NCBI GenBank assembly: GCA_028687575.1
Contig: JAQTZW010000015.1
Coordinates: forward strand, 106 to 64,105
Source: Gallionella sp.
Lineage (GTDB): Bacteria > Pseudomonadota > Gammaproteobacteria > Burkholderiales > Gallionellaceae
DNA: 64,000 nucleotides
Reading direction: 5' to 3'
A model generated the notes under the pieces. The model saw nothing but the letters and a program-made list of their open reading frames with translations, ran no database searches and was not told where the DNA came from. The position numbers were made by a program, and so were the translations under genes. This document shows positions 42,455 through 52,269 of the stretch, one piece after another; the stretch's first letter is position 1; each line of letters opens with the position of its first letter.

Positions 42455-44068
42455 ATGGAACACCTGAGCTCGCCAGAGTTGGCCTGCGAATTAACCAGAA
42501 TGTTTCTTGAGCGCGCCGCCGACCCGATCTTTATTCTGGATATCGAGGGGCATTTCATCGCGGTCAATCAGGCCGCCTGTCAACACACCGGTTACTCGCG
42601 CGAAGAACTGCTGAGGATGACGCCTCAGGATATTGACGATCCCGCCAGCCGGGACAAAATCCAGGAACGTCTGGCCCAACTTCGGCGGGATCGCCAAGCG
42701 ACTTTCGAGGCCGTCCATATCCATCGCAGCGGCAGACACATACCGGTAGAGATGCACATCCAGCTTATCGAGCATGCTGGCAAACTATTTACCATGAACA
42801 TCTGCCGCGACATTTCGGAACGCCAGCAAAGAGAACTCGAATACCATACGCTGGTGCAGACCACGCTGGAAGGATTCTGGCTCGTCTCCGCACAGGATGG
42901 CAGTTTCCTGGATGTGAATGATGCCTACTGCAATATGGTCGGCCACTCACGGCAAGCATTGCTGAGCATGCACATCAGCGATGTGGAAGCGAACGAATCT
43001 GCCGAAGAGGTCGCAAAACACATCAACCAAGTCATGACCAAGGGGCACGACCACTTCGAGACTCGCCATCGTCACAAGGATGGACACTTGATAGATATTG
43101 AACTGAGCGTCAGTTATTCCCCCATACGGGGCGGCGTATTCTTTACCTTTCTGCGCGACATCAGCCGGCGGAAACGCCAGGAAAACGATTTGAAAATGGC
43201 TGCGGCAGTCTTTGATTCCAGCAGTGCCGCCATCATGATCTCGGACGAAAACAACCGGATACTGAGAGTCAATCCCGCTTTCACGGCAATCACCGGATAC
43301 CAGCCGGATGAAGTGATCGGGCATAACCCGAAAATACTGAGTTCAGGAATGCAGACCGGCGAATGCTATCGGGAAATGTGGGATACCCTGAAAAAAAACG
43401 GAAACTGGCAGGGCGAACTATGGAATCGCCACAAGGATGGACAGGTCTTTGCCGAACATCTGTCCATAAACATTATCGCCAACAATGATGGCAGCACATA
43501 CCGGCATATCGCCGTTTTCTCCGATATCACCGAAAAGAAACAAGCCGAGGACAAGGTCTGGCATCAGGCAAATTACGACACCATCACCAACCTCCCCAAC
43601 CGCAGACTGTTCCTTGACCGACTCAAGCAGGAGATCGGCAAATGCAAGCGCAGCAAATTGCCCATGGCACTTTTCTTCATTGATCTCGACCGTTTCAAGG
43701 AAATCAACGACACCTACGGCCATGATGCCGGAGACCAGTTACTGTCAGAAGCGGCCAGACGCCTTCAGGCTTGCGTTAGAACCACGGACACCGTGGCAAG
43801 ACTGGCCGGTGACGAGTTCACGGTGATCCTCCCCGAAATTTCCGGGCCGGACAAAATCGAATCCATTGCGCAGCACATGCTGGACAGACTCGCCGAACCC
43901 TTTCTAATCCAGAATTCATCACTGCAAATTTCCGGCAGCATAGGCATCGCCATTTATCCGGCTCAGGCCACCGACCTGAACGACCTGATCAGCAAGGCAG
44001 ACATAGCGATGTATGCCGCAAAGCGGGAAGGCCGCAACTGCTACCGCTGTTACGCATGCAATATCTGA
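42455..44068 (+). CDS. Cytoplasmic 3xPAS diguanylate cyclase
   Basis: Three PAS/PAC repeats; RTTD I-site, AGDEF active-site variant. Confidence 0.93.
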   Translation: MEHLSSPELACELTRMFLERAADPIFILDIEGHFIAVNQAACQHTGYSREELLRMTPQDIDDPASRDKIQERLAQLRRDRQATFEAVHIHRSGRHIPVEMHIQLIEHAGKLFTMNICRDISERQQRELEYHTLVQTTLEGFWLVSAQDGSFLDVNDAYCNMVGHSRQALLSMHISDVEANESAEEVAKHINQVMTKGHDHFETRHRHKDGHLIDIELSVSYSPIRGGVFFTFLRDISRRKRQENDLKMAAAVFDSSSAAIMISDENNRILRVNPAFTAITGYQPDEVIGHNPKILSSGMQTGECYREMWDTLKKNGNWQGELWNRHKDGQVFAEHLSINIIANNDGSTYRHIAVFSDITEKKQAEDKVWHQANYDTITNLPNRRLFLDRLKQEIGKCKRSKLPMALFFIDLDRFKEINDTYGHDAGDQLLSEAARRLQACVRTTDTVARLAGDEFTVILPEISGPDKIESIAQHMLDRLAEPFLIQNSSLQISGSIGIAIYPAQATDLNDLISKADIAMYAAKREGRNCYRCYACNI

Positions 44069-44178
44069 CCGACCTCGCAGTCAACCGGCACCTCGCGCAA
44101 CAGTTTCCAGCTAATCAAGCGCAACCCGAATGCTGCGCCCGCCTCATTCATCTACCGCACCGGGCATGCCTTAAGCCC

Positions 44179-44205
44179 TAAATTAAACCGGATTACCGCC
44201 GATAA
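44179..44205 (+). promoter_or_regulatory. Sigma-28 (FliA) promoter
   Basis: Perfect TAAA-N15-GCCGATAA upstream of the MCP gene. Confidence 0.85.
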
Positions 44206-44286
44206 CCGCATTATCGGAGTCACCCAGACCCCGGCACAATCGCCATCAGATGTGATTTTTATTGGCAAAAATACGCAGAGGTTGAG

Positions 44287-46443
44287 ATGAATACGTGGTG
44301 GAACACCCTGTCTATCCGGAGCAAATTGCAGCTTCCCATCCAGTTGCTGTTGCTGCTCATCATGCTAGTTGTGCAACAAGTGTCGCTCAACCGCTTCGAA
44401 GCTCATGTGCTGGAAGGGGCGCGGCAAAGCGCCCTGCTTTCCGCCGATGGCGTGCTCAATGGCCTGAACATGCTGATGTTGAATGGCCTGATCAGCGACA
44501 AGGATCAGCGCACGCTGTACGTCGAGAAGATGGGCATGTCCAACAAGCTGACCGAATTGCGGGTGATGCGCAACAAGTTCGTGGATGAGCAGTACGGCGC
44601 GGGACTGCCGATCGAAGAAGCCAAGGATGCACTCGATCATGCAGCCATGGATACCGACAAAGTGCAGATCCAGCAATTGCAGGATGGCAACAGTCACCGG
44701 ATGCGCGTGGTCGTCCCGTTCATCGCCGAGACCAACTTCCGCGACACCAACTGCCTGACCTGCCATGCCGTGCCTGAAGGCGAATCCATAGGCGCCACCA
44801 GCGTGACCATAGACCTGTCAGATGAGTATGCACTGATCAGCAAGGTCAACTACTCGGTTTGGGCCTTGCAATTACTGCTGCAAATCATGTTGTACTTCCT
44901 GATTGGAAAGTTGATCTGCCGCGTCACCGAACCAGTGCTGCATTCGGCGGATGTCGCCAACCGCATCGCCTCGGGTGACCTCAATTCGACCATCCATGCA
45001 GAAGGGAATGACGAAGTTGCTCGGCAACTCCGCGCAATGCAGGCAATGCAAGCCAGCCTGCAAAGTTTGGTCAACGAGATGAAGACCATCGTGCAGGCTG
45101 CGGTACGCGGCGATTTCAGCGTAAAGATGTCAGTCAACGGCAAGGCAGGCTACACCAAGGATCTCTCCGAATTGCTCAACCGCCTTACCGGCACGGTGGA
45201 CGATGCTTTCAACGACAACATCCGCGTGACCACCGCGCTGGCGCAGGGCGACCTTTCCCAAAGGATTACCAAAGATTACGAAGGTGCCTATGACAAGGTC
45301 AAAATTAGCGTCAACACTACGGCGGATGCGCTCGGCAAAATCGTCGGTGAGATCAAACACATCGTCGAGGCCACTGCGATACGCGGCGACTTCAGTGTGC
45401 AGATGAATCTGGAGGGGAAATCCGGCTATGCCAAAGAGCTGGCCGAACTGCTCAACCAGCTATGCACGGTCACCGATGCCGGCCTGAAAGATGTGCTGCG
45501 GGTAGCAAACGTGTTGGCACAGGGCGACCTGACGCAGACCATCAACAAGGATTACCCCGGCGCATTCGGTGAAGTGAAAGCTGGCATGAATGGCACCGTC
45601 AGCAATCTGCGTGATCTGGTCGGCCAGATCAGCGAGGCCACTGACACCATCCACGACGCCTCCAAGGAAATCGCGGCAGGCAACACCGACCTTTCCTCGC
45701 GCACCGAAGAACAAGCTTCCAGCCTGGAAAAGACCGCCGCCAGCATGGAAGAACTCACCTCCACCGTCAAACAGAATGCCGAAAACGCGCGGCAGGCCAA
45801 CCAGTTGGCACTCGGCGCGTCAGACATCGCCGTCAAGGGCGGCAAAGTCGTCAACGCCGTGGTGACAACCATGTCCTCCATCAGCGACAGTTCCAAGAAA
45901 ATCGCCGACATCATCAGCGTGATTGACGGCATCGCGTTCCAGACCAACATCCTGGCACTGAATGCCGCAGTCGAAGCAGCACGCGCAGGCGAGCAGGGGC
46001 GCGGCTTCGCAGTGGTTGCTACCGAGGTACGTAACCTCGCCCAGCGCAGTGCCGCCGCTGCCAAGGAGATCAAATCCCTCATCAACGACTCGGTGGATAA
46101 AGTCTCGGTCGGCACCGAACTGGTGGACAATGCCGGAAAAACGATGGACGAAGTAGTCTCCGCAGTCAAACGGGTGACCGACATCATGGGAGAAATCACC
46201 GCCGCCTCCACCGAGCAGAGTCAGGGCATCGAAGAAGTCAATGTGGCCATCTCCCAGATGGACGACGTAACCCAGCAGAATGCTGCTTTGGTCGAACAGG
46301 CCGCTGCCGCAGCCGAATCGCTGGAAGAACAGGCCCAGCAACTGACCGCAGCTGTCTCGGCATTCAAGGTGAATAGCAGCGGCCTGACGGGTGCCATGAC
46401 TGCCGGCATGGCCAGACAGCTTCCGCCCCCTGTCCGCGACTGA
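44287..46443 (+). CDS. Methyl-accepting chemotaxis protein with periplasmic c-heme motif and poly-HAMP
   Basis: Two TMs, periplasmic CLTCH, repeated HAMPs, [27 protein letters not shown]. Confidence 0.95.
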   Translation: MNTWWNTLSIRSKLQLPIQLLLLLIMLVVQQVSLNRFEAHVLEGARQSALLSADGVLNGLNMLMLNGLISDKDQRTLYVEKMGMSNKLTELRVMRNKFVDEQYGAGLPIEEAKDALDHAAMDTDKVQIQQLQDGNSHRMRVVVPFIAETNFRDTNCLTCHAVPEGESIGATSVTIDLSDEYALISKVNYSVWALQLLLQIMLYFLIGKLICRVTEPVLHSADVANRIASGDLNSTIHAEGNDEVARQLRAMQAMQASLQSLVNEMKTIVQAAVRGDFSVKMSVNGKAGYTKDLSELLNRLTGTVDDAFNDNIRVTTALAQGDLSQRITKDYEGAYDKVKISVNTTADALGKIVGEIKHIVEATAIRGDFSVQMNLEGKSGYAKELAELLNQLCTVTDAGLKDVLRVANVLAQGDLTQTINKDYPGAFGEVKAGMNGTVSNLRDLVGQISEATDTIHDASKEIAAGNTDLSSRTEEQASSLEKTAASMEELTSTVKQNAENARQANQLALGASDIAVKGGKVVNAVVTTMSSISDSSKKIADIISVIDGIAFQTNILALNAAVEAARAGEQGRGFAVVATEVRNLAQRSAAAAKEIKSLINDSVDKVSVGTELVDNAGKTMDEVVSAVKRVTDIMGEITAASTEQSQGIEEVNVAISQMDDVTQQNAALVEQAAAAAESLEEQAQQLTAAVSAFKVNSSGLTGAMTAGMARQLPPPVRD

Positions 46444-46622
46444 CACGCCTCTGCAACACCTCCCCGAGAGTTGGCACAGCCCGGACACCCCCCTCCCTGG
46501 TGTTCCGGGCTCCCTGCTGGCAGCCATGAGTGGCATCCCGGCAAAAGATACGCCCGCCCCTGCCATTGCGCGCCGGTTTGTGGCAGACTGTCGCCCGTTC
46601 CAAACAACCTCCCGCTCTCGCC

Positions 46623-47867
46623 TTGCAACCCTACGAACTGTTCATCGGCCTGCGTTATACCCGCGCCAAGCGCCGCAATCATTTCATCTCCTTTATCTCG
46701 CTGATCTCCATGCTGGGCATGGGGCTGGGCGTGCTGGCGCTGATCGTGGTGCTGTCGGTGATGAACGGCTTCCAGAAGGAGATCCGTGAACGCATGCTGG
46801 GCGCCTCGCCGCACCTCGAAGTGGTAGCCGATGGTGGCCGGATGTACGACTGGCAGGCGGTGCTGGAGCAGACCGCGCGCCACCCGCAGGTCGTCGCTGC
46901 AGCCCCCTATGTCTCGGGTCAGGGCATGTTGTCGCTAGGCCAGAGCGTGCAGGGGGTGATGGTGCGCGGCATAGACCCTGCGCGCGAGACCTCGATCACC
47001 GATCTGTCGGACAAAATGAAGGTGGGCGAACTTTCCGCACTTAACAGTGGCGAATTCGGCATTCTGTTGGGCAGCGACCTGGCCCGTGCGCTGGGTGTGC
47101 GTATGGGCGAGAAAGTCATGCTGATCGCACCGCAAGGTTCCATCACCCCCGCCGGGATGATGCCGCGCTTAAAACAGTTCCGCGTGGTGGGCATCTTCGA
47201 GATCGGCATGTCGCCCTATGACAACAGCCTGGCGCTGATCAACCTCTCGGACGCACAGAAGCTGTTTCAACTGGGCGATGCGGTGACCGGCATCAGTACC
47301 CGGCTGAAGGAGATAGACCGCGCCCCGCAAGTCGCCGCCGAATTGCAAAGTCAACTGCCGCCCGACCTGTACGCCAACGACTGGACGCACCAGAACAGCA
47401 ACTATTTCAAGGCGGTGCAGATGGAGAAAAAGATGATGTTCATCATCCTCTCGCTGATCGTCGCGGTCGCCGCATTCAACATCGTCTCGACGCTGGTGAT
47501 GGCAGTCACCGACAAGCAGGCCGACATCGCCATCCTGCGCACGCTGGGGGCATCGCCGTCCAGCATCATGAAGATATTCATCGTGCAGGGCGTGGTGATC
47601 GGGCTGATCGGCACACTGACCGGCTGTATCGGCGGCATCGCGCTGGCGCTCAATCTGGACGTGGTGGTGCCGTTCATCGAACACCTGTTCGGCGTACAGT
47701 TCCTGGCCAAGGATGTCTATTACATCAGCGAACTGCCATCCGACCTGCATTATTCCGAGGTCGCACTGATCGCGGTGATGTCCTTCACCATCAGCCTGCT
47801 GGCGACGCTATACCCGAGCTGGCGCGCATCCAAGACCCAACCGGCGGAGGCACTACGCTATGAATGA
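46623..47867 (+). CDS. lolC: Lipoprotein-releasing ABC permease LolC/E
   Basis: [47 protein letters not shown]. Start taken at TTG 46623 (ORF is open from 46530). Confidence 0.95.
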   Translation: MQPYELFIGLRYTRAKRRNHFISFISLISMLGMGLGVLALIVVLSVMNGFQKEIRERMLGASPHLEVVADGGRMYDWQAVLEQTARHPQVVAAAPYVSGQGMLSLGQSVQGVMVRGIDPARETSITDLSDKMKVGELSALNSGEFGILLGSDLARALGVRMGEKVMLIAPQGSITPAGMMPRLKQFRVVGIFEIGMSPYDNSLALINLSDAQKLFQLGDAVTGISTRLKEIDRAPQVAAELQSQLPPDLYANDWTHQNSNYFKAVQMEKKMMFIILSLIVAVAAFNIVSTLVMAVTDKQADIAILRTLGASPSSIMKIFIVQGVVIGLIGTLTGCIGGIALALNLDVVVPFIEHLFGVQFLAKDVYYISELPSDLHYSEVALIAVMSFTISLLATLYPSWRASKTQPAEALRYE

Positions 47868-48546
47868 TGCCATCCTCTGCTGCCGCGATCTTGGCAAGAC
47901 CTTCATGCTGGGCAACCTGCATGTGCCGGTGCTCAAAAACATCACGCTGGAAGTCCGACGTGGCGAACGCATCGCCATCGTCGGTGCTTCCGGTTCCGGC
48001 AAGAGCACGCTGCTTCATCTGCTGGGTGGGCTGGATAACGCCAGCACCGGTAGCGTGCAGATATTGGGCCAACCCGTGAGTGAGATGAGCGAGACTCAGC
48101 GTGGCGAGATACGCAATCATGCGCTGGGCTTCGTCTACCAGTTCCATCACCTGTTGCCTGAATTCACCGCGCTGGAAAACGCCGCGATGCCACTGCTGAT
48201 ACGCGGCATGAAACGCCAAGAGGCCGAACCGCTCGCCGCAGCGATGCTGGAAAAGGTCGGGCTGGCACACCGCCTCGACCATCTGCCCGCCGAACTGTCT
48301 GGCGGTGAACGCCAGCGCACCGCCGTGGCGCGCGCGCTGGTCACCCGCCCCGCCTGCGTGCTGGCCGACGAGCCGACCGGCAATCTGGATCGTGCCAGCG
48401 CCGAAGCGTTGTTCGACCTGATGCAACAACTCAATGAACAACTGGGCACCGCCTTCGTGATCGTCACTCACGACCTCGAACTGGCAAAACGCATGGAACG
48501 CACCATGCGACTGGTGGACGGCGTACTGCACCAGTCGTCGGACTGA
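47860..48546 (+). CDS. lolD: Lipoprotein-releasing ABC ATPase
   Basis: [29 protein letters not shown]. Confidence 0.96.
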   Translation: MNDAILCCRDLGKTFMLGNLHVPVLKNITLEVRRGERIAIVGASGSGKSTLLHLLGGLDNASTGSVQILGQPVSEMSETQRGEIRNHALGFVYQFHHLLPEFTALENAAMPLLIRGMKRQEAEPLAAAMLEKVGLAHRLDHLPAELSGGERQRTAVARALVTRPACVLADEPTGNLDRASAEALFDLMQQLNEQLGTAFVIVTHDLELAKRMERTMRLVDGVLHQSSD

Positions 48547-48568
48547 GCCACCGGCGGTAAACCCGGAC

Positions 48569-49015
48569 TCACTTCTCGAACAACAGATACTCCCGGTACA
48601 GTTCCTCGCCTAGCGGCCGTCGGTCAGAATGCCGGGCAAACTCAGCAATCTTCAGGTCGTCGTTCACCACATGCTGTATCAGCCACTTGTTCAGAAAATG
48701 CAATAAATCCTCGGGAAATTCCTTGTGATGACTGATTTTCGCCAGCATCATCTCCAAGTTCAATAACAATTCAGAGTGCACCAGCGCATGTTCGTTTACC
48801 CTCGGATAACCGATTTCGTGCATCAGATTCTCTTCGCTGACGAAATGAAACTCGGTAAACTTTTTCAGCTCCAGCATCACCCAGCGTATCGTCTGTTCGG
48901 ATTGCCTAGTCTTGATGGCAATATCCAGCTTGCGGCACAACAACACCAGCATGCGATGCTGGGTGTCTATCAGGTCGTTACCCAGTTCCAGTTCTTTTTC
49001 CCAATGGATGTACAT
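48569..49015 (-). CDS. Single-domain bacteriohemerythrin
   Basis: IDTQH, HFVSEENLM...GYP, HALVH, WLIQHVVNDD. Confidence 0.93.
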   Translation of the reverse strand: MYIHWEKELELGNDLIDTQHRMLVLLCRKLDIAIKTRQSEQTIRWVMLELKKFTEFHFVSEENLMHEIGYPRVNEHALVHSELLLNLEMMLAKISHHKEFPEDLLHFLNKWLIQHVVNDDLKIAEFARHSDRRPLGEELYREYLLFEK

Positions 49016-49038
49016 ACTCCCCTATCCTCCTTACCTTG

Positions 49039-49065
49039 GTATCGGCATTAAAGTCTCACTCTTGA
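49039..49065 (-). promoter_or_regulatory. Probable sigma-28 promoter for the hemerythrin gene
   Basis: Minus strand TCAA-N15-GCCGATAC, 24 nt upstream of the ATG. Confidence 0.7.
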
Positions 49066-49071
49066 GGTTAC

Positions 49072-49608
49072 TCAGCCCACGCGCCGCCGTTTCCTCGCTC
49101 GCCATTTCAATACCACAGTCACCCGCCAGATCAGCCGCGTGACGAAATAACCCGCCAGCGCCAGCGCCAGCGCCAGCAAGGGCACACCAATCAGCAGCGG
49201 TGTGCCTAACTGCAACGTCCAGCGGACCAATTCGGACAGCCAGTCGTTCCAGTGTAATTCCGGAAAGTGTATGGTCTGCAATCCATTCGGCGAACCCGTC
49301 ACCCAAACGCCCAACTGATAGGCCGCCATATACAGCGGCACAATGGTCAGCGGATTGGTGTAGAGCGTAGTCAGCACCGCCAGTGGCAGATTAACGCGCC
49401 AGATGACCGACACCACGGTGGCCGAGAGCACCTGCAACGGACCTGGCACCAACCCGCAAAACAGCCCCACGGCCAGCCCACCGGCTGTGGAATGACGGTT
49501 CAGATGCCACAAGCTGGGATGGTGCAGGCGGCTGCCGAAAGGCTTTAGCCAACGGTACTGATCGAAGTTTTGGCGTGCCGGCAGGAAACGGCTTAAAAAT
49601 TTTCGCAT
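49072..49608 (-). CDS. DUF2062-family membrane protein
   Basis: LWHLNRHS, NPLT, KWRARKRRR; divergent from comEC. Confidence 0.88.
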   Translation of the reverse strand: MRKFLSRFLPARQNFDQYRWLKPFGSRLHHPSLWHLNRHSTAGGLAVGLFCGLVPGPLQVLSATVVSVIWRVNLPLAVLTTLYTNPLTIVPLYMAAYQLGVWVTGSPNGLQTIHFPELHWNDWLSELVRWTLQLGTPLLIGVPLLALALALAGYFVTRLIWRVTVVLKWRARKRRRVG

Positions 49609-49641
49609 GACGGCATTCTAGCCGCGCGCTACGCTACGCGC

Positions 49642-52071
49642 ATGATTCTCTTTACCCTGCCCTTCACCTTCGGCGTGTGGCTGCTGCAACAGCAGGCGGC
49701 ATTGCCTGATTTTGGCTGGGCATGGCCGCTGGTCGCGCTACCGCTGGCGCTGTTGATGCCGCAAAATTCCCTGACGCAGCGCCTGCTGCGCGCGGCGTTA
49801 ATCGCTATGCTGGCCAGCGGCCTCGGTTACTTCCACGCGGCCTGGCAAGCCGAGCGGCGGCTTGCAGACTTTCTGCCTGCCGACTGGCAAGGCCGCGACA
49901 TCGCAGTGACCGGGGTAGTTGCCGGCTTACCCCACAGCAACGAACGAAGCCAGCGCTTCCGTTTCGATGTGGAACGGGTACTTACACCGAACGCACATGT
50001 TCCCGCCCACCTCTATCTCAGCACCTATTCCGAGGCGCGCAGTCAGCCGTTGACTCCGCGTGCAGGCGAACGCTGGAAATTCACCGTGCGGCTGAAACAA
50101 CCGCACGGCAGCAGCAATCCGCAAGGCTTTGATTTTGAACTATGGGCGCTGGAAAACAATCTGCGCGCGGTAGGCTATGTGCACAACTCCGAAAAATTTG
50201 TGGTCGGGCACCCGAAGGAAGACAACTTCCGTCTCGATGCTCAGGCGGACGGTTTTGCTTACCGTGTCGAGAGTTGGCGGGAAGCGATTCGGGACAGATT
50301 CGACGCGGTGCTGGGCGATGCCCCCTATCGCGGCGTGTTGACCGCGCTGGCCATCGGCGATCAGGGCAGCATCCCCCAGCCGCAATGGCAGATATTCACC
50401 CGCACCGGCATCAATCATCTGGTCAGCATCTCCGGCCTGCACATCACCATGTTAGCCAGTCTCGCATTCAGCCTCGTCTATTGGTTGTGGCGTCGCAACA
50501 CGCGCCTGACCCTGTGGCTGCCGGCCCGCAAAGCAGCTGCGGCGGCGGCCCTGCTAGTAGCGCTCGGTTATGCACTGTTGGCTGGCTTCGGCGTGCCCGC
50601 GCAACGTACTGTTTATATGGTGGCTGCGGTAGCCGCTGCGCTCTGGCTGAACCGCAATTTCTCACTCGCCCAGATATTTTGCTTCGCCTTACTGGGCGTA
50701 CTGATCCCCGACCCTTGGGCAGTTCTGTCGCCTGGTTTCTGGTTATCGTTCGGCGCGGTGGCGCTGATCTTCTACGTTACCGCTCACCGCCTCCGGCAGT
50801 TATCTCCGAACACCGCACCGGACCGCCGAGCGGCTCGCGCGCTGCACGGCCTTACCTCGGTGCTACGCGAATACGCCGCCGTGCAATGGGCGATGAGCAT
50901 TGGCCTTATCCCGCTGTTGCTGGGTCTGTTCCAGCAAGTGTCGCTGGTCTCGCCCCTCGCCAACGCCTTCGCCATCCCGCTGGTAAGCCTGGTTGTCGTG
51001 CCGCTGACGCTGTTGGGTGCGGCCTTGCCACTGGACACACCGCTATGGCTGGCGCACCAGGTAATAGCATGGACGATGATTCCGCTGCAATGGCTCAATT
51101 CACTGCCGGCGGCGGTCTGGACGCAACATGCGCCACCACCCTGGAGCATCGTGACCGGCATGTTGGGTGTGCTATGGATATTATTACCGGCAGGATTCCC
51201 ATTGCGCTGGCTGGGCGTACCGCTATTGCTACCGATGTTCCTGAACACCCCCGAACCGCCACGGCCCGACAGCTTGCGCCTGATCATTTTCGATGTCGGC
51301 CAAGGACTGTCAGTCGCCGCTCAGACTGCCCATCATGCCTTGCTCTACGACACCGGCCCGGATTATTCCGGCGATGCCGACAGTGGAAACCGCATCCTGG
51401 TTCCAACACTGCGCGCACTCGGCATCCGCGAACTTGATGGGGTGATGCTCAGCCACGATGACCTGGATCACACTGCCGGAACTGCCTCGGTGCTACAGGC
51501 GATACCGACAGGCTGGCTATCGTCTTCCCTGCCCGTGAACGAAACAACACTCCTCCCCGACAACCACATTGACACCCGCTTGTGCCGTGACGGCGTGACA
51601 TGGGACTGGGACGGCGTACATTTCGAGGTACTGCATCCTGCCGCCCGGCACAGCAGCAAGCCACACGACAATGACTTAAGCTGCGTGCTGCGCATCAGCA
51701 TAGGCAGGCAACACGTCCTGTTGACCGGAGACATCACCAAGAAGAGCGAGCAGCGTTTGCTCCGCGACAACCAGGATCAGCTTGCCGCCAGCCTGCTGGT
51801 CGTTCCTCATCACGGCAGTTCGGGCTCATCCAGTAGCGAGTTCGTCGCTGCCGTATTGCCCGATTACGCCGTGTTCACCAATGGCTATCGCAATCGTTTC
51901 GACCACCCCAAACCAGAGGTCGTGCAACGCTATGCCGACAGCGGCGCCGAGCTGCTACGCTCCGACGACGATGGTGCGATTCTGGTCGGAATGGATGCGA
52001 CCCGGCTTGGCGTGGAACGCTACCGCAAAACCCACCGCCACTACTGGACACACTTCCGCGATCACCCCTAA
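49642..52071 (+). CDS. comEC: DNA uptake competence protein ComEC/Rec2
   Basis: TGINHLVSISGLHI, FDVGQG, SHDDLDH, VPHHGS. Confidence 0.96.
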   Translation: MILFTLPFTFGVWLLQQQAALPDFGWAWPLVALPLALLMPQNSLTQRLLRAALIAMLASGLGYFHAAWQAERRLADFLPADWQGRDIAVTGVVAGLPHSNERSQRFRFDVERVLTPNAHVPAHLYLSTYSEARSQPLTPRAGERWKFTVRLKQPHGSSNPQGFDFELWALENNLRAVGYVHNSEKFVVGHPKEDNFRLDAQADGFAYRVESWREAIRDRFDAVLGDAPYRGVLTALAIGDQGSIPQPQWQIFTRTGINHLVSISGLHITMLASLAFSLVYWLWRRNTRLTLWLPARKAAAAAALLVALGYALLAGFGVPAQRTVYMVAAVAAALWLNRNFSLAQIFCFALLGVLIPDPWAVLSPGFWLSFGAVALIFYVTAHRLRQLSPNTAPDRRAARALHGLTSVLREYAAVQWAMSIGLIPLLLGLFQQVSLVSPLANAFAIPLVSLVVVPLTLLGAALPLDTPLWLAHQVIAWTMIPLQWLNSLPAAVWTQHAPPPWSIVTGMLGVLWILLPAGFPLRWLGVPLLLPMFLNTPEPPRPDSLRLIIFDVGQGLSVAAQTAHHALLYDTGPDYSGDADSGNRILVPTLRALGIRELDGVMLSHDDLDHTAGTASVLQAIPTGWLSSSLPVNETTLLPDNHIDTRLCRDGVTWDWDGVHFEVLHPAARHSSKPHDNDLSCVLRISIGRQHVLLTGDITKKSEQRLLRDNQDQLAASLLVVPHHGSSGSSSSEFVAAVLPDYAVFTNGYRNRFDHPKPEVVQRYADSGAELLRSDDDGAILVGMDATRLGVERYRKTHRHYWTHFRDHP

Positions 52072-52089
52072 AGCGCTTTGCATAGGCAT

Positions 52090-52102
52090 TTCGGCATATT
52101 GA
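52090..52102 (+). promoter_or_regulatory. 13-bp motif TTCGGCATATTGA, left copy
   Basis: Exact reverse complement of 60441..60453; upstream of the 804-aa gene. Confidence 0.55.
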
Positions 52103-52269
52103 CCCGCTATTGCCAAACTGAAAGACTGCCCCGCATGTAGCGCCGCCGGATATTTATGTCGTCCAGCCTTGGCCTGTCATACAGACGACTCCCCCTTTCA
52201 CTCGCGGTGCGCAATGTGAGTTTTTCTCTCATGGAATCTATTGATTGACCATCCTGCGGCACGGAGAAA

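Noticed and set aside
46478-46511. Hairpin after the MCP gene as a novel RNA or repeat
   Set aside because: A single imperfect stem without a second copy in the window; most likely an ordinary terminator-like structure.
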